Below, one piece after another: positions 9,461 to 19,249 of a stretch of DNA of 64,000 bases. Each line of letters starts with the position of its first letter. The first letter of the stretch is position 1. The stretch comes from a virus (Duplodnaviria > Heunggongvirae > Uroviricota > Caudoviricetes). Location: positions 13,864 through 77,863 of the IMG/VR virus record IMGVR_UViG_3300002054_000021. One strand, written 5' to 3'. Made by a program: the position numbers and the translations under genes. Under the pieces are notes generated by a model, which was given only the letters and a program-made list of their open reading frames with translations, was not told where the DNA came from and made no database searches.

Positions 9461-9991
9461 TTAAATCGGAGTACAACTGGCATTTATTATGTGAGGGTAG
9501 AACCCAAGGTATTTAAACCTTCTGCCGTAATATTCAATTGTGCACTCATTCTTATCAGATATAAAGACACCTGCTACAGAATCTGGATTATATGGCGCTC
9601 CACTAGTCGCAACAGAAACAATATCCTTATAAAGACTATCTCTTATTCTAAATTCTACGCTGTTAGACTGATTGCACGGAAACTCTTTACATGAGAATAC
9701 GCTAAACTTATCAACTCTATGATCTGTTACTGTAGACTGCTTACCAAATGTCATCGTCTTTTCTTTAACTAAGAAATTCATAGCAACAGCATCATAAGCG
9801 AATGTGTAACAGTTAGGGATGAATGACATAACAAGAAAATAAGATATTCCAGCAAATATGGGTGCAGACAGTATATGTCTAAATTTAGTTCTCTCAATTT
9901 TATCTGGGAGCACAGCAACAGATATCTTGTCTGAGAAACTGTAAAGTCCCTTAGTGCAATTAAACGAAAAATTTAATATCTTCTTAATCAT
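9461..9991 (-). CDS. membrane-anchored protein, DUF1523-like
   Basis: One hydrophobic segment followed by a small beta-rich domain (FRIRDSLY); start uncertain. Confidence 0.5.
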   Translation of the reverse strand: MIKKILNFSFNCTKGLYSFSDKISVAVLPDKIERTKFRHILSAPIFAGISYFLVMSFIPNCYTFAYDAVAMNFLVKEKTMTFGKQSTVTDHRVDKFSVFSCKEFPCNQSNSVEFRIRDSLYKDIVSVATSGAPYNPDSVAGVFISDKNECTIEYYGRRFKYLGFYPHIINASCTPI

Positions 9992-11976
9992 GCTGCAAGC
10001 TCCAACTTATTCGTTTTTTCATTGTAATTAACAGACACTTTTCCAGACCCCTTACCTTCAAGAATATGGTTGGCAATATGAGGGTATACTTCAGCCTCAA
10101 AAACGCCAGATACAGACCTTGCTCCACGCTCAATTTTGTATCTATTTTTACAGAGACCTTTAACGTCCTCATCTTTCATGAACAATGAAATATCGGCATC
10201 CCTACTAGAAAGCCTCTTATTTGCCTTCTTAAGCTCAACATCAGCAATTTTTATAATTGTCTCCAAGTCAAGAGTGTTGCATCCAATGATATTTTCTCTA
10301 CCTGCAATTCTGTTCAAGAATTCTGGCCTAAATCTTTCTTCTAGTGAGTTCATGGCTATTTCACAAGCAGCTTCATGGCTGACAGCAGAATCTAAAAACT
10401 CAGACTGACCTTCGTTAGTTGTCATTATGATTATAGTGTTGCTAAAATCAACTGTCACTCCATGATTATCTGTCAGCCTACCATCATCTAACATCTGAAG
10501 AAATACATCAAATATACTTGCGTGAGCTTTTTCAACCTCATCAAACAGTATAATTGTATGAGGATTTTTCTTGACAGCGTTAGTTAAGAGTCCGCCGTTC
10601 TCATAACCATCATAACCAGCTGGAGCGCCGATTAACTTGGAAACAGAATGTTTCTCCATGTACTCAGACATATCAAAACGCAACATGGAAGACTCCGAGC
10701 CATATAAATAATAAGCCAGCCTTTTTGTTATATATGTCTTACCTACTCCAGACGCCCCCATTAACATGAATACAGCATCTGGCTTATTTTGATCTGTAAG
10801 ACCAACCCTTGAAGCTTTCACTGCGTTACATATTTTGTGGATTGTTTCATCCTGACTAAATACGTCAGATTTCATGTTATCCTCAAGCATCATTAATTTT
10901 TGCCCTTCATCTTCAGTAAGTCTGTCTTTAGATATTTTTGACAATTCACTAAATTTAACTAAAACTTGGTCTTTAGATAAAATAAAATCTTTATTTATTT
11001 CCTTTGTTATATTTCTGTAATTATTCATTTCTGACTTCATGATTTTTTCAGCATCTGAAATCTGATCCCTAATACGGCAATATTCTCTTGTGTCTTCTGG
11101 CTTTCTATTGTCATCCTCAGCCGCAGAAGCAGCTGTAATAAGGTCCGAGTTTAATTTATTCATAAAAACAGTTGACCTTGCCCGACTCTCAAATATGTCA
11201 GTTAGTGATTTTTTATCTTTTTCAGATATATCTGAGTGGCACTCTTTTCTAAATTCAGACATAGCTAAATCTATTAAACTAATCGTGCATTCTGGTTGCG
11301 CTTTAGATAGGTTTTTACTGGCACCTCTGTATTTTGAAGTTAGCGTTATTGCCATGTCTATAGCATCATCACCCACAGATATCATGTGATGCTCAGTTAT
11401 AGATTTACAAGCTTCCGTGACAATCAAAGGTAATTCTTCATCAGTTGGTTCATCAACTTCAATTAATGTAAAAAAATCTAATATGTTTGAATGCATAGAC
11501 ATAACCTGACCGATGGACTTGTCATGCGTTTCAAATATACACTGGTAATGACCAGATTGTATTGAAGACATTACTGTATTTATCATATTTTCACAGCCGT
11601 TGGTTTTTGCACCCTGAATGAAACCAATAGTATTGTCTATAATTAAAACTGAATCTGGAGTTTTTCTTAGAATTGAATCCATATTACTAAAATTATCAGC
11701 TATGACATCTCTATTTGAATTTGAAAATAGTGCATCAACATCAAGCCAAAACAATTGCTTATTAGCCACATCAAATGGTATGTTGCTTAAATTCTTCTTA
11801 ACGGAATGAAGGCCTTTTAATATGGCTGAGCATCCAGCTCCGCCTGTTCCAAACAATATAATATTATTTGCACTGTAGCGCATGAGAACTGAAGATATTC
11901 TCTCAATATCAGAACCCCTACCTATTAAGTTAAAATTTTCAGACACGTATTCATTGGCTGGTATTAAGCAAGACAT
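9988..11976 (-). CDS. ClpB/ClpA-like AAA+ ATPase lacking N-domain
   Basis: NBD2 GASGVGKT, FDMSEYMEKHSVSKLIGAPAGYDGY, FDEVEKAH, FRPEFLNRI; NBD1 Walker motifs degenerate. Confidence 0.88.
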   Translation of the reverse strand: MSCLIPANEYVSENFNLIGRGSDIERISSVLMRYSANNIILFGTGGAGCSAILKGLHSVKKNLSNIPFDVANKQLFWLDVDALFSNSNRDVIADNFSNMDSILRKTPDSVLIIDNTIGFIQGAKTNGCENMINTVMSSIQSGHYQCIFETHDKSIGQVMSMHSNILDFFTLIEVDEPTDEELPLIVTEACKSITEHHMISVGDDAIDMAITLTSKYRGASKNLSKAQPECTISLIDLAMSEFRKECHSDISEKDKKSLTDIFESRARSTVFMNKLNSDLITAASAAEDDNRKPEDTREYCRIRDQISDAEKIMKSEMNNYRNITKEINKDFILSKDQVLVKFSELSKISKDRLTEDEGQKLMMLEDNMKSDVFSQDETIHKICNAVKASRVGLTDQNKPDAVFMLMGASGVGKTYITKRLAYYLYGSESSMLRFDMSEYMEKHSVSKLIGAPAGYDGYENGGLLTNAVKKNPHTIILFDEVEKAHASIFDVFLQMLDDGRLTDNHGVTVDFSNTIIIMTTNEGQSEFLDSAVSHEAACEIAMNSLEERFRPEFLNRIAGRENIIGCNTLDLETIIKIADVELKKANKRLSSRDADISLFMKDEDVKGLCKNRYKIERGARSVSGVFEAEVYPHIANHILEGKGSGKVSVNYNEKTNKLELAA

Positions 11977-12007
11977 TAATTTCTCTTTTCTATTTTATGA
12001 AATATTT

Positions 12008-12027
12008 GAGGGTGCCTAAGCACCCTC
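12008..12027. terminator. GC hairpin between coiled-coil gene and ClpB-like gene
   Basis: gagggtgc-ctaa-gcaccctc flanked by T/A runs. Confidence 0.55.
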
Positions 12028-12046
12028 TTTTAAAGTTAAGATTTAC

Positions 12047-13639
12047 CTAACCTTCCACTTCTCCAGTAGCACCAGATTTGATAGTTCTGCCTTCTGACAT
12101 TGACGTCTTAAAGCTCTTAACAGTTTCCTCAAGCCTTGATACAGCCTCTTTTTGATCAAGCAATCCATCTTTAGTGATTTCTGTTGAGGCATCCATAATT
12201 TCAGCTAAAGCCTCAATTCCAGAGATAGCCTCTTCAACTTGCTTTGCTCTCTCAGTGTGTTCCATAGCTGAAGATATCATTTCTCCACTTAACACCTTCT
12301 GAGCAGTATCCTTCATTCTACCGATAGCCATAGTTGCAGCGGCAGAAGACTCTGATGTAGCTGCTCTATTAACTGCGGTTAAAGTTCCTGCAAGACTAGA
12401 TGATATCATCGCAATACCAGAAGATTGAATTCTGGAAGCTTTTGAATGCTCACTTTTAGTTGCTGCTGTCATTTGCTCGATATTGGCTTGAGATGTGACC
12501 AACTCACTCTTAACTACACCTGTGTCTGTGTGAGACTTATCCATAGCCGTCAAAGCTGTTGAAAGCTCTTTCTTTTGAGTTTCAAGCTGCATAATCAGCA
12601 TGCTGTCTGGATTTTCCGCATCTTTTGCATTTTTAATTTTAGTGTCCAAACGAGTAAGCCTTGAGCGGTTTGTTTTTAACGCTCCCTTTTCAGCTTCACC
12701 GATAATTGTATAGGTGTTATTGTGTTTGAATGTAGAGTTGTCTAAATTATCGTACTGTTTAATGACACGACTAAAGCCACCCAATAAATCTTTCATTCTA
12801 TCATCTGATGTTGTTACAAAGTCGTTAGCAGCGCCAATCAATTTTGACTGCCTCTCAACATGATCTTCAGAGGATAGAGTTAAAAGATCCATAATCGCGG
12901 TTCTTTCATCAACATATTCTGTGAACTCAGAAGGCTCTGGCTGTATAGCTCTAATGCTGTCGATCTCTGATTGCATAGATGAAATTTTTACATCAAGCGC
13001 AGCAATCTCAACCTCATTTGCCTCTTGAGAAGACTTTGCAGATGGGTTCTGCCAAAGAAAGCCCAAAGCCCTATCATTCTTGTGGTCAATATTTTTTCTG
13101 GTTAGATAACCTTTACGCTGGGTATTTTCTGTGATGCTGTGCTCAAGAGTAGCGATTTGATCATCACGCTCTTTCTGAGCCTCTTTTTCACGTAAACATT
13201 CAACAATAATATCGTTCGTCACACCGTTAGCTCTCATTGTTGCCAACGAGCTAACAATTGTGGTCAATGGCATTAGTAAATCTTCAAAATTAATGACGCC
13301 TGTGTACATGTCATCAATAACACTTTGAAGGTTTGAGAACACTTCATTGTCAGTCAAGGCAATAATTTCTTGATTCTCAGCCTTAATTTGCTCTTGTATT
13401 TCGGCTTTCCATGATTCAAGTGCAGCAACATTTTCTTCTGGATTTTCCACAGTAAGCAAAGCTTGCATACGCTTTACTTTATCATCTGGAGAAAGTTTAG
13501 AGTCCTCATTAATCATAGCAAATGCGTTTGAACTTACTTTAGTTGTCGCCCTAGCCTTTGCTGAGCGATTCCTTTTCGCTGAAGCCCTTGCTATCTCTGT
13601 AGGGCTTAGTTTTGCTTTTGTTCCTGATTGTGAAGTCAT
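12047..13639 (-). CDS. long coiled-coil protein (possibly TelA/toxic-anion-resistance-like)
   Basis: 530 aa, almost wholly helical heptads with short hydrophobic ALGFLW segment; family guess is weak. Confidence 0.55.
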   Translation of the reverse strand: MTSQSGTKAKLSPTEIARASAKRNRSAKARATTKVSSNAFAMINEDSKLSPDDKVKRMQALLTVENPEENVAALESWKAEIQEQIKAENQEIIALTDNEVFSNLQSVIDDMYTGVINFEDLLMPLTTIVSSLATMRANGVTNDIIVECLREKEAQKERDDQIATLEHSITENTQRKGYLTRKNIDHKNDRALGFLWQNPSAKSSQEANEVEIAALDVKISSMQSEIDSIRAIQPEPSEFTEYVDERTAIMDLLTLSSEDHVERQSKLIGAANDFVTTSDDRMKDLLGGFSRVIKQYDNLDNSTFKHNNTYTIIGEAEKGALKTNRSRLTRLDTKIKNAKDAENPDSMLIMQLETQKKELSTALTAMDKSHTDTGVVKSELVTSQANIEQMTAATKSEHSKASRIQSSGIAMISSSLAGTLTAVNRAATSESSAAATMAIGRMKDTAQKVLSGEMISSAMEHTERAKQVEEAISGIEALAEIMDASTEITKDGLLDQKEAVSRLEETVKSFKTSMSEGRTIKSGATGEVEG

Positions 13640-13710
13640 GGTTTTATCCTTTAAGTTAACGTATAACCATCAATTATAGGATAAAAAAATATTTGTCAAC
13701 AACTTATTTA

Positions 13711-14043
13711 TTATTTTTTCAAATTTAGTCTCTTTACAAATTTTTTGACATTGTTTTTAGAATTCCATTCCATCCAATCTATATAAGCCATATGAACATG
13801 CTCTATATTCTCATCATCCATTGCTAACAATCTCTCTTCTTCACCACTTGATGTCCTTGTCGTATAACCCACAACGAAATTATTGTGGTCATAAAAAACA
13901 CCAGATGTGTGCATTACATCACCGCCTTCAGAAAGTCTGAACTCTTCAGGAGAAGATTTCATTTTATTAGCCAATTCAAAAGAGATCTCAGATATATTTT
14001 TATTAACTACACTAAATATATCTTCTTGATTAACTTCTTCCAT
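13711..14043 (-). CDS. hypothetical protein
   Basis: ORF in tightly packed minus-strand run. Confidence 0.7.
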   Translation of the reverse strand: MEEVNQEDIFSVVNKNISEISFELANKMKSSPEEFRLSEGGDVMHTSGVFYDHNNFVVGYTTRTSSGEEERLLAMDDENIEHVHMAYIDWMEWNSKNNVKKFVKRLNLKK

Positions 14044-14398
14044 CTATAACACCAGATAATAATATTGTTGACTTCATTTCCTCTATAGACCCTATTAGCA
14101 TAGCTGATGATATTGACCTTCTTTCAGCAAAGAATATACTATCTACAAAACCATCGCCCGTTTCAGTCAGTAAGCACATAGCCATGCCTCTGGATTTTAT
14201 TTGGTCCGTTTCCAAGTCATCAAACTTGTCTCTTATAAAATCTATAAGCTCTTCTACTGTGGTACTTATATATTTACCCTCTGATGTAGATTCTTCGTGA
14301 TCCTCTTTATTGGAATCAAAAAGACTAACAATCTTTTTACTCCCAGATACTCCTGACGTAGAGTTAACACCAGCATCTTCCGTATTGTCTTCTTCCAT
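14030..14398 (-). CDS. hypothetical protein
   Basis: Overlapping ORF in operon. Confidence 0.7.
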   Translation of the reverse strand: MEEDNTEDAGVNSTSGVSGSKKIVSLFDSNKEDHEESTSEGKYISTTVEELIDFIRDKFDDLETDQIKSRGMAMCLLTETGDGFVDSIFFAERRSISSAMLIGSIEEMKSTILLSGVIDGRS

Positions 14399-14400
14399 TA

Positions 14401-14679
14401 TTACACCTTCAAAATGGAGGATATATCATCCCCTAAATTTCCCCTTAATATGATATTTGAAATATTATTATTAACCATCTCTTCTAGTCTTTCATTAGAC
14501 AATCCAGATGGTATCGTTATACCATTATAACCTACACCTCCATCTAGCTCAATCAGGACTCCGCAATCGATCAGAGATTTTAACGTCGCGTTTATGCTTA
14601 AATTAAGAATATCGATCTGATTTTCTTGACTTGAATCTTGACTCTGCTCTGTAGCAACATCCAATGAATTGTATTCCAT
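14401..14679 (-). CDS. hypothetical protein
   Basis: ORF coupled to upstream stop. Confidence 0.65.
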   Translation of the reverse strand: MEYNSLDVATEQSQDSSQENQIDILNLSINATLKSLIDCGVLIELDGGVGYNGITIPSGLSNERLEEMVNNNISNIILRGNLGDDISSILKV

Positions 14680-15338
14680 TATAAATAATCCTCACCGAGG
14701 CCTTCTGAGACCTTCTTTTCTATTTTTGATTTTATTTTATCATCTATTGATTTATGTGACTCATCATCATTAACGAAATCTGAATCATCTCCTACCAAGA
14801 AATTAGGAGTTTGACGCATATTCATTAGTATAGGACTGCCAAAATCTTGTCCAAAACCATCCCTACATCTTAAATCTATAAACATATCAAAAAGTGGTTT
14901 AACATCTTTAGATTCACTGTTAAACCAATCTATCAAAAGAGAGTCAACAGATGAGTTATCAATATCATCAACAGATACTATTCTGTCATCATTGTAAAAA
15001 CTGTTTGATATAGAATCATAAACCACAATCAGGCCAGATATAATTTTAGTTATATGATTTAAGCCTGAGTCCTCATCTATTTTCTCTCCCCCCTTCCAAG
15101 CTATATAATGCCTTAAAGACGAGTTATAATAATCTGACAAATGTATTTTGTCATCCATCCAATTTCTTATACCATACTTTCTAGCGCCTTCATCCATTGC
15201 AGACGCAAGCTCATTTATTAAATTTGAATTGACATCATTCACTAAAAGGTATTTCATAAATGATGGAGGTATACTTAAATATGAAGTTTTTTTTCTACCA
15301 GCTACGCCCTTTGGATTCAACTTATCAGCCACAGACAA
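14679..15338 (-). CDS. dATP/dGTP diphosphohydrolase domain protein (DUF5664-like)
   Basis: NPKGVAGRKK...AMDEGARKYGIRNW...YYNSSLRHYIAWKGGEKIDEDSGLNHI. Confidence 0.78.
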   Translation of the reverse strand: MSVADKLNPKGVAGRKKTSYLSIPPSFMKYLLVNDVNSNLINELASAMDEGARKYGIRNWMDDKIHLSDYYNSSLRHYIAWKGGEKIDEDSGLNHITKIISGLIVVYDSISNSFYNDDRIVSVDDIDNSSVDSLLIDWFNSESKDVKPLFDMFIDLRCRDGFGQDFGSPILMNMRQTPNFLVGDDSDFVNDDESHKSIDDKIKSKIEKKVSEGLGEDYL

Positions 15339-15401
15339 TTCCCCTTATTGCAGACCTATAAAAATAATTACATACACTATTTTTCCTGTGAAGTCAAGTA
15401 T

Positions 15402-16316
15402 TTATTCAGATCTCCACTTGTCTAATTTAAATATCCTCATAACTATATCTGTTATTTTATTTTGCTCCACTGAAGGTTTTTCAAATGCAAGCAAAACACT
15501 TTTGGCCCAAGCGTTGTTATGATCTCTTAGACATATTGTAGTAAAGTATGCCCTTATAGTCTGACGAGTAACTTCTGGGTTTTCATTTTTTATAAGACCA
15601 CACAAATTCATAACTTCATTCATGTCGAATGAAGATTTAGATATAGCTCTGGCTATTTTATATCCGTTTCCAGTCTCATCTTCTTGAAACATTAGAGACT
15701 TAAACTGCGTATCACTTAATCCTATAGATGATTCTAGTAACTTTAAAGCCTTCCTTGGAGAGCCTCCGCAACTCTCAGCTATAAGTCTCATATTATTTCT
15801 ACTGCAGTCTATCTTTTCTTTATCAGACACATCTTCTAATAAAGATAATATATCAGAATGACCTATTGGGTGTAATTGAATCTCATTGCATCTTGTTTTA
15901 ATAGTTTTAGGAATTTTGTTTATTTCAGTTGTACAAAAAAACCAATAATTAAGCTTTGGAACCTCCTCTATAGTTGTTAACAAAACATCCCAAGCAGCCC
16001 TACTTAGCCCATGACACTCATCTATTATAAATACCCTAGCGCCGCCATTAAATGTATGGTAATCTTGACTTCTTATAACATCCTTAATATGGTCTTTACC
16101 AGAGTTTGATGCTGCATCTTTTTCAATTAATTCTGTACAACCAACCTCTGACGCAAATATACGAGCTATTGTAGTTTTACCAACACCAGAAGGTCCGTGA
16201 AGAATAAATGTTGATCCGATATTATTCTCTATAGAAGACCTTAATGACCTTATAACTGATTGATGTCCTACAACATCATTAAATGATGAAGGCCTATATT
16301 TGTCGTTTAGATTCAT
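15402..16316 (-). CDS. clamp loader subunit (DnaX gamma/RFC-like)
   Basis: KYRPSSFNDVVGH, GPSGVGKTT, DAAS, IIDECH, TIKTRC. Confidence 0.85.
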   Translation of the reverse strand: MNLNDKYRPSSFNDVVGHQSVIRSLRSSIENNIGSTFILHGPSGVGKTTIARIFASEVGCTELIEKDAASNSGKDHIKDVIRSQDYHTFNGGARVFIIDECHGLSRAAWDVLLTTIEEVPKLNYWFFCTTEINKIPKTIKTRCNEIQLHPIGHSDILSLLEDVSDKEKIDCSRNNMRLIAESCGGSPRKALKLLESSIGLSDTQFKSLMFQEDETGNGYKIARAISKSSFDMNEVMNLCGLIKNENPEVTRQTIRAYFTTICLRDHNNAWAKSVLLAFEKPSVEQNKITDIVMRIFKLDKWRSE

Positions 16317-16824
16317 CAATAATTCCCCTAAAATATTTCCCACTAATCATTCCAGACAGTGAAGCGCAAACATGATTGCAAAGATCTTCCAAAGAATTAA
16401 GGACAGACACACTATGCCTGTCACAAATAATCTGAACGTTACCCCTTCTCCAATACCCCTCTGGACAACAAACGATGCAATTTTTACCAGCAGTTAAACA
16501 TGCGCCAAGCTCCATTAATGTTATTGGTGCTTTTCCGTTTGGGTCAAAATAGAATGCAACAACATCTGAATCATTTATACTATCTAATTCCCAATTTACT
16601 TGCTCAGAAAACCCTTTGTGAGATATATCTTGAGTCCAACTTGAGTCCCAATCAGCTCTTCTTGGGTTCAATATCTCTACATCCATACTTCTTTTAGAAA
16701 TAAAATCTGATAGATGTTCCTGCCAATCTTCAGCTGAACCCATATCTATACTTCCAGCTAGAAATAATTTTGCGCTAGATTTATCATTATGTTTATTGGG
16801 GGCTTTAGTTATAATTGTTGTCAT
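16294..16824 (-). CDS. nucleoside 2-deoxyribosyltransferase-like protein
   Basis: FLAGSI...WQ...LNPRR..W...QVNWEL...PITLMELG pattern. Confidence 0.8.
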   Translation of the reverse strand: MTTIITKAPNKHNDKSSAKLFLAGSIDMGSAEDWQEHLSDFISKRSMDVEILNPRRADWDSSWTQDISHKGFSEQVNWELDSINDSDVVAFYFDPNGKAPITLMELGACLTAGKNCIVCCPEGYWRRGNVQIICDRHSVSVLNSLEDLCNHVCASLSGMISGKYFRGIIDESKRQI

Positions 16825-17276
16825 TTATAAATCCAAAAATTTAAATCAAAACTATCTGGTACTATTTTAAAGAATATATCTTGAACTATACCCCAATCAC
16901 CTCCAGCTAAGCCGCAACCAATCTGAGGTGCATGTATTGTTTTTTCAAGTCCGTTTCTGTTAATAAAACCAACAAGGCTGTGTAATCCAACCTCTATGCC
17001 AGCGTATGAGACGTATTCCGCGCCATCATATCCGTAATTATCTTGAGTTATAATATTGACCACAAACAAATCTTCATCAACACCGACAATTTTAAACTCA
17101 CCCAAATTCAAGTATCCTTTTTCTGCATAAAATAAATGGTAAGCCTCTTTTACATTAGGCCATTTATTTGCTAAAGACTTAGCAAGGCCACTACCGTTAG
17201 AGTTTCTTGAATTACATCCAGACAATATATATCCAGACTTAGCTTCCCTTATGTCCCCATTGTTATATCTAATCAT
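16821..17276 (-). CDS. macro domain (ADP-ribose binding/hydrolase) protein
   Basis: GDI...GCNS...GSGLAK...W; PQIGCGLAGGDW. Confidence 0.85.
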   Translation of the reverse strand: MIRYNNGDIREAKSGYILSGCNSRNSNGSGLAKSLANKWPNVKEAYHLFYAEKGYLNLGEFKIVGVDEDLFVVNIITQDNYGYDGAEYVSYAGIEVGLHSLVGFINRNGLEKTIHAPQIGCGLAGGDWGIVQDIFFKIVPDSFDLNFWIYK

Positions 17277-17338
17277 AAATCTCTCTTCAATTAAGCAAAT
17301 TAACCTTAACTTTTAATAAGTCGTCTTTGGTCAAAATT

Positions 17339-17566
17339 TTATCTTATAACCTTAGCAAATGACTGAGAAAGCGAGTTATCCTCTGAGTCATCGTCAAAAG
17401 AATAGATGTACCTACCATAAGTGTTTTTTGATTGCTCAACGTTATTTATACATTCAAACGCATCTCCTAAGTGAGATCTTGAAAGTATTGTCCCCGCTGG
17501 TATAATAATATCCTTAAGAAGGACAATCTCTTCAACATCTTTATGTATAAACTTAGAATTAGCCAT
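17339..17566 (-). CDS. hypothetical protein
   Basis: Short ORF in operon. Confidence 0.65.
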   Translation of the reverse strand: MANSKFIHKDVEEIVLLKDIIIPAGTILSRSHLGDAFECINNVEQSKNTYGRYIYSFDDDSEDNSLSQSFAKVIR

Positions 17567-17571
17567 AACTA

Positions 17572-19248
17572 TTAACCTAAACTAAAGTCTCCGAAACCTT
17601 CCCAAAGTCTATTTCTTACATCCTTTAATGAGTGGTCTATAAGCAATTCACCGTCTTCAAAAACAATCTCTAATTGATCACCTTCAACGCCAGAAAGATA
17701 TTCATCAAGAGGTATGTTTTCACGGAGATAATATTCCCCATCCTTATCCTTCAAGACAGCAAGCAATCCTTTAGCTGACTTTTTACCACTACCTGTTTTA
17801 GGGTCTTTAAAAATAGCCCTAGGCTCACCATCGACTATTCCAAATGTTGCCTTTACTGCCATTCCGTAAGTGTCACGAGTTACCATTTGATATCCAAAAC
17901 TACCAAACCCGAAAACACAACAGTCAGAGGTAAATCCCTTCCTCATCATGCCATCTAATATGGCTTCACAATTATTGAAATTGATACTGTCTCCATATAT
18001 GAGTCCGATGTGAGGATCTAAAGACTTAAACCCTTTATGATTGGTAGACCCACCAAATGTCTCCCACAGGCACTTTACGGCTCCTTTATATTCAGCCTCA
18101 GTGATTGGATAGATATCACAAGTCTCCTTATCTCCAGACGTTCCAGACCTGTAATACTGTCCGTTAACCATAATTGCGTCATACTTTTCACCACGATCAG
18201 CTATGTCTGAATTTAACTTCTGTCTAGCCTCATCTAAATCAGAGTAATCAACACCATCACTAAAATATCCGCAAATAATTTTTACAGGGTCTCCACTATC
18301 TGGCCTTAGAACAACCTTACCATCACGAGCCATTATTTCATCTTTAAGCTCTACTATCGTATTGGTTATAATATTCCACCAATCCCAAGTATCACTAACG
18401 ATTGATATGTAGCCAGTCTTATAAATGTCGTGCATTAACCTTCTGTAAGTGCCAATTTCATCATCCATAGTTCCCATGCACATAACCGCATGCTCAGTTG
18501 CTGGTATACTAATACCAATAACTTCTTTTTCACAATCTGCATTGTAATAATCTTCAAGCCAATCAATAGCTGGTATAGTGTCAGTGCCAACAAAAGATGT
18601 CATGTGAGCACCGCCACTCATTAACGCAGCTTCAAGTCCGCCCATACCTCTAAATGAAAAGTCGTGACCCTGAATTGGTATGAAGTCAACACTACCTCCA
18701 GTTAATTCTGCATAATGAGAGATTAGTTTTCTATAGCCATGAGCTGTCGTTGCTGATGTTATAGGTAACCATACGGTGTTTGACATTAGTGTCTCAAGAT
18801 AGTTAGTGACCCAATAAAATCTATCCTGTGTGCTTTCAAAGACCATAGGGGGAACTTGCATTGGGACTCTTACCCCCTCAGGCAATGATTTTATTCTCAC
18901 TGGCATCTTTCCATAATCATGCAAATCTCTAATATGATCAACTGTAACAGCTCCAGTTCCTAAATAAGCATTAATCCGTCTCATATACCTAGCGCAAATA
19001 TCATCTATATCTTGTTTAAAGAAGTTTTCATTCCAATCTTCAATAAGATATTTTTTATAATAATATTGAGGACCAAAGAAAACTATTTTATTCTCATGTA
19101 TATGCTCTGGAACCGTTGCATATTTAGCGCTTCTAGCTGTCAAGTTTGAATGAACAAAACTTGTCATTTCTGGATATTGATAAATATGGCCAACTTTATA
19201 TCCATCATTCTTAAGGCAAGCACCTACATTTGTTGAGCGTGATACCAT
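17572..19248 (-). CDS. nadV: nicotinamide phosphoribosyltransferase-family protein (Namat/NadV-like)
   Basis: DGYKVGHIYQYP, HDFSFRG, SIPATEHAVM, SIVSDTWD, RPDSGDP, LIYGDSI, FGFGS, FKDPKT. Confidence 0.9.
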   Translation of the reverse strand: MVSRSTNVGACLKNDGYKVGHIYQYPEMTSFVHSNLTARSAKYATVPEHIHENKIVFFGPQYYYKKYLIEDWNENFFKQDIDDICARYMRRINAYLGTGAVTVDHIRDLHDYGKMPVRIKSLPEGVRVPMQVPPMVFESTQDRFYWVTNYLETLMSNTVWLPITSATTAHGYRKLISHYAELTGGSVDFIPIQGHDFSFRGMGGLEAALMSGGAHMTSFVGTDTIPAIDWLEDYYNADCEKEVIGISIPATEHAVMCMGTMDDEIGTYRRLMHDIYKTGYISIVSDTWDWWNIITNTIVELKDEIMARDGKVVLRPDSGDPVKIICGYFSDGVDYSDLDEARQKLNSDIADRGEKYDAIMVNGQYYRSGTSGDKETCDIYPITEAEYKGAVKCLWETFGGSTNHKGFKSLDPHIGLIYGDSINFNNCEAILDGMMRKGFTSDCCVFGFGSFGYQMVTRDTYGMAVKATFGIVDGEPRAIFKDPKTGSGKKSAKGLLAVLKDKDGEYYLRENIPLDEYLSGVEGDQLEIVFEDGELLIDHSLKDVRNRLWEGFGDFSLG

Positions 19249-19249
19249 T

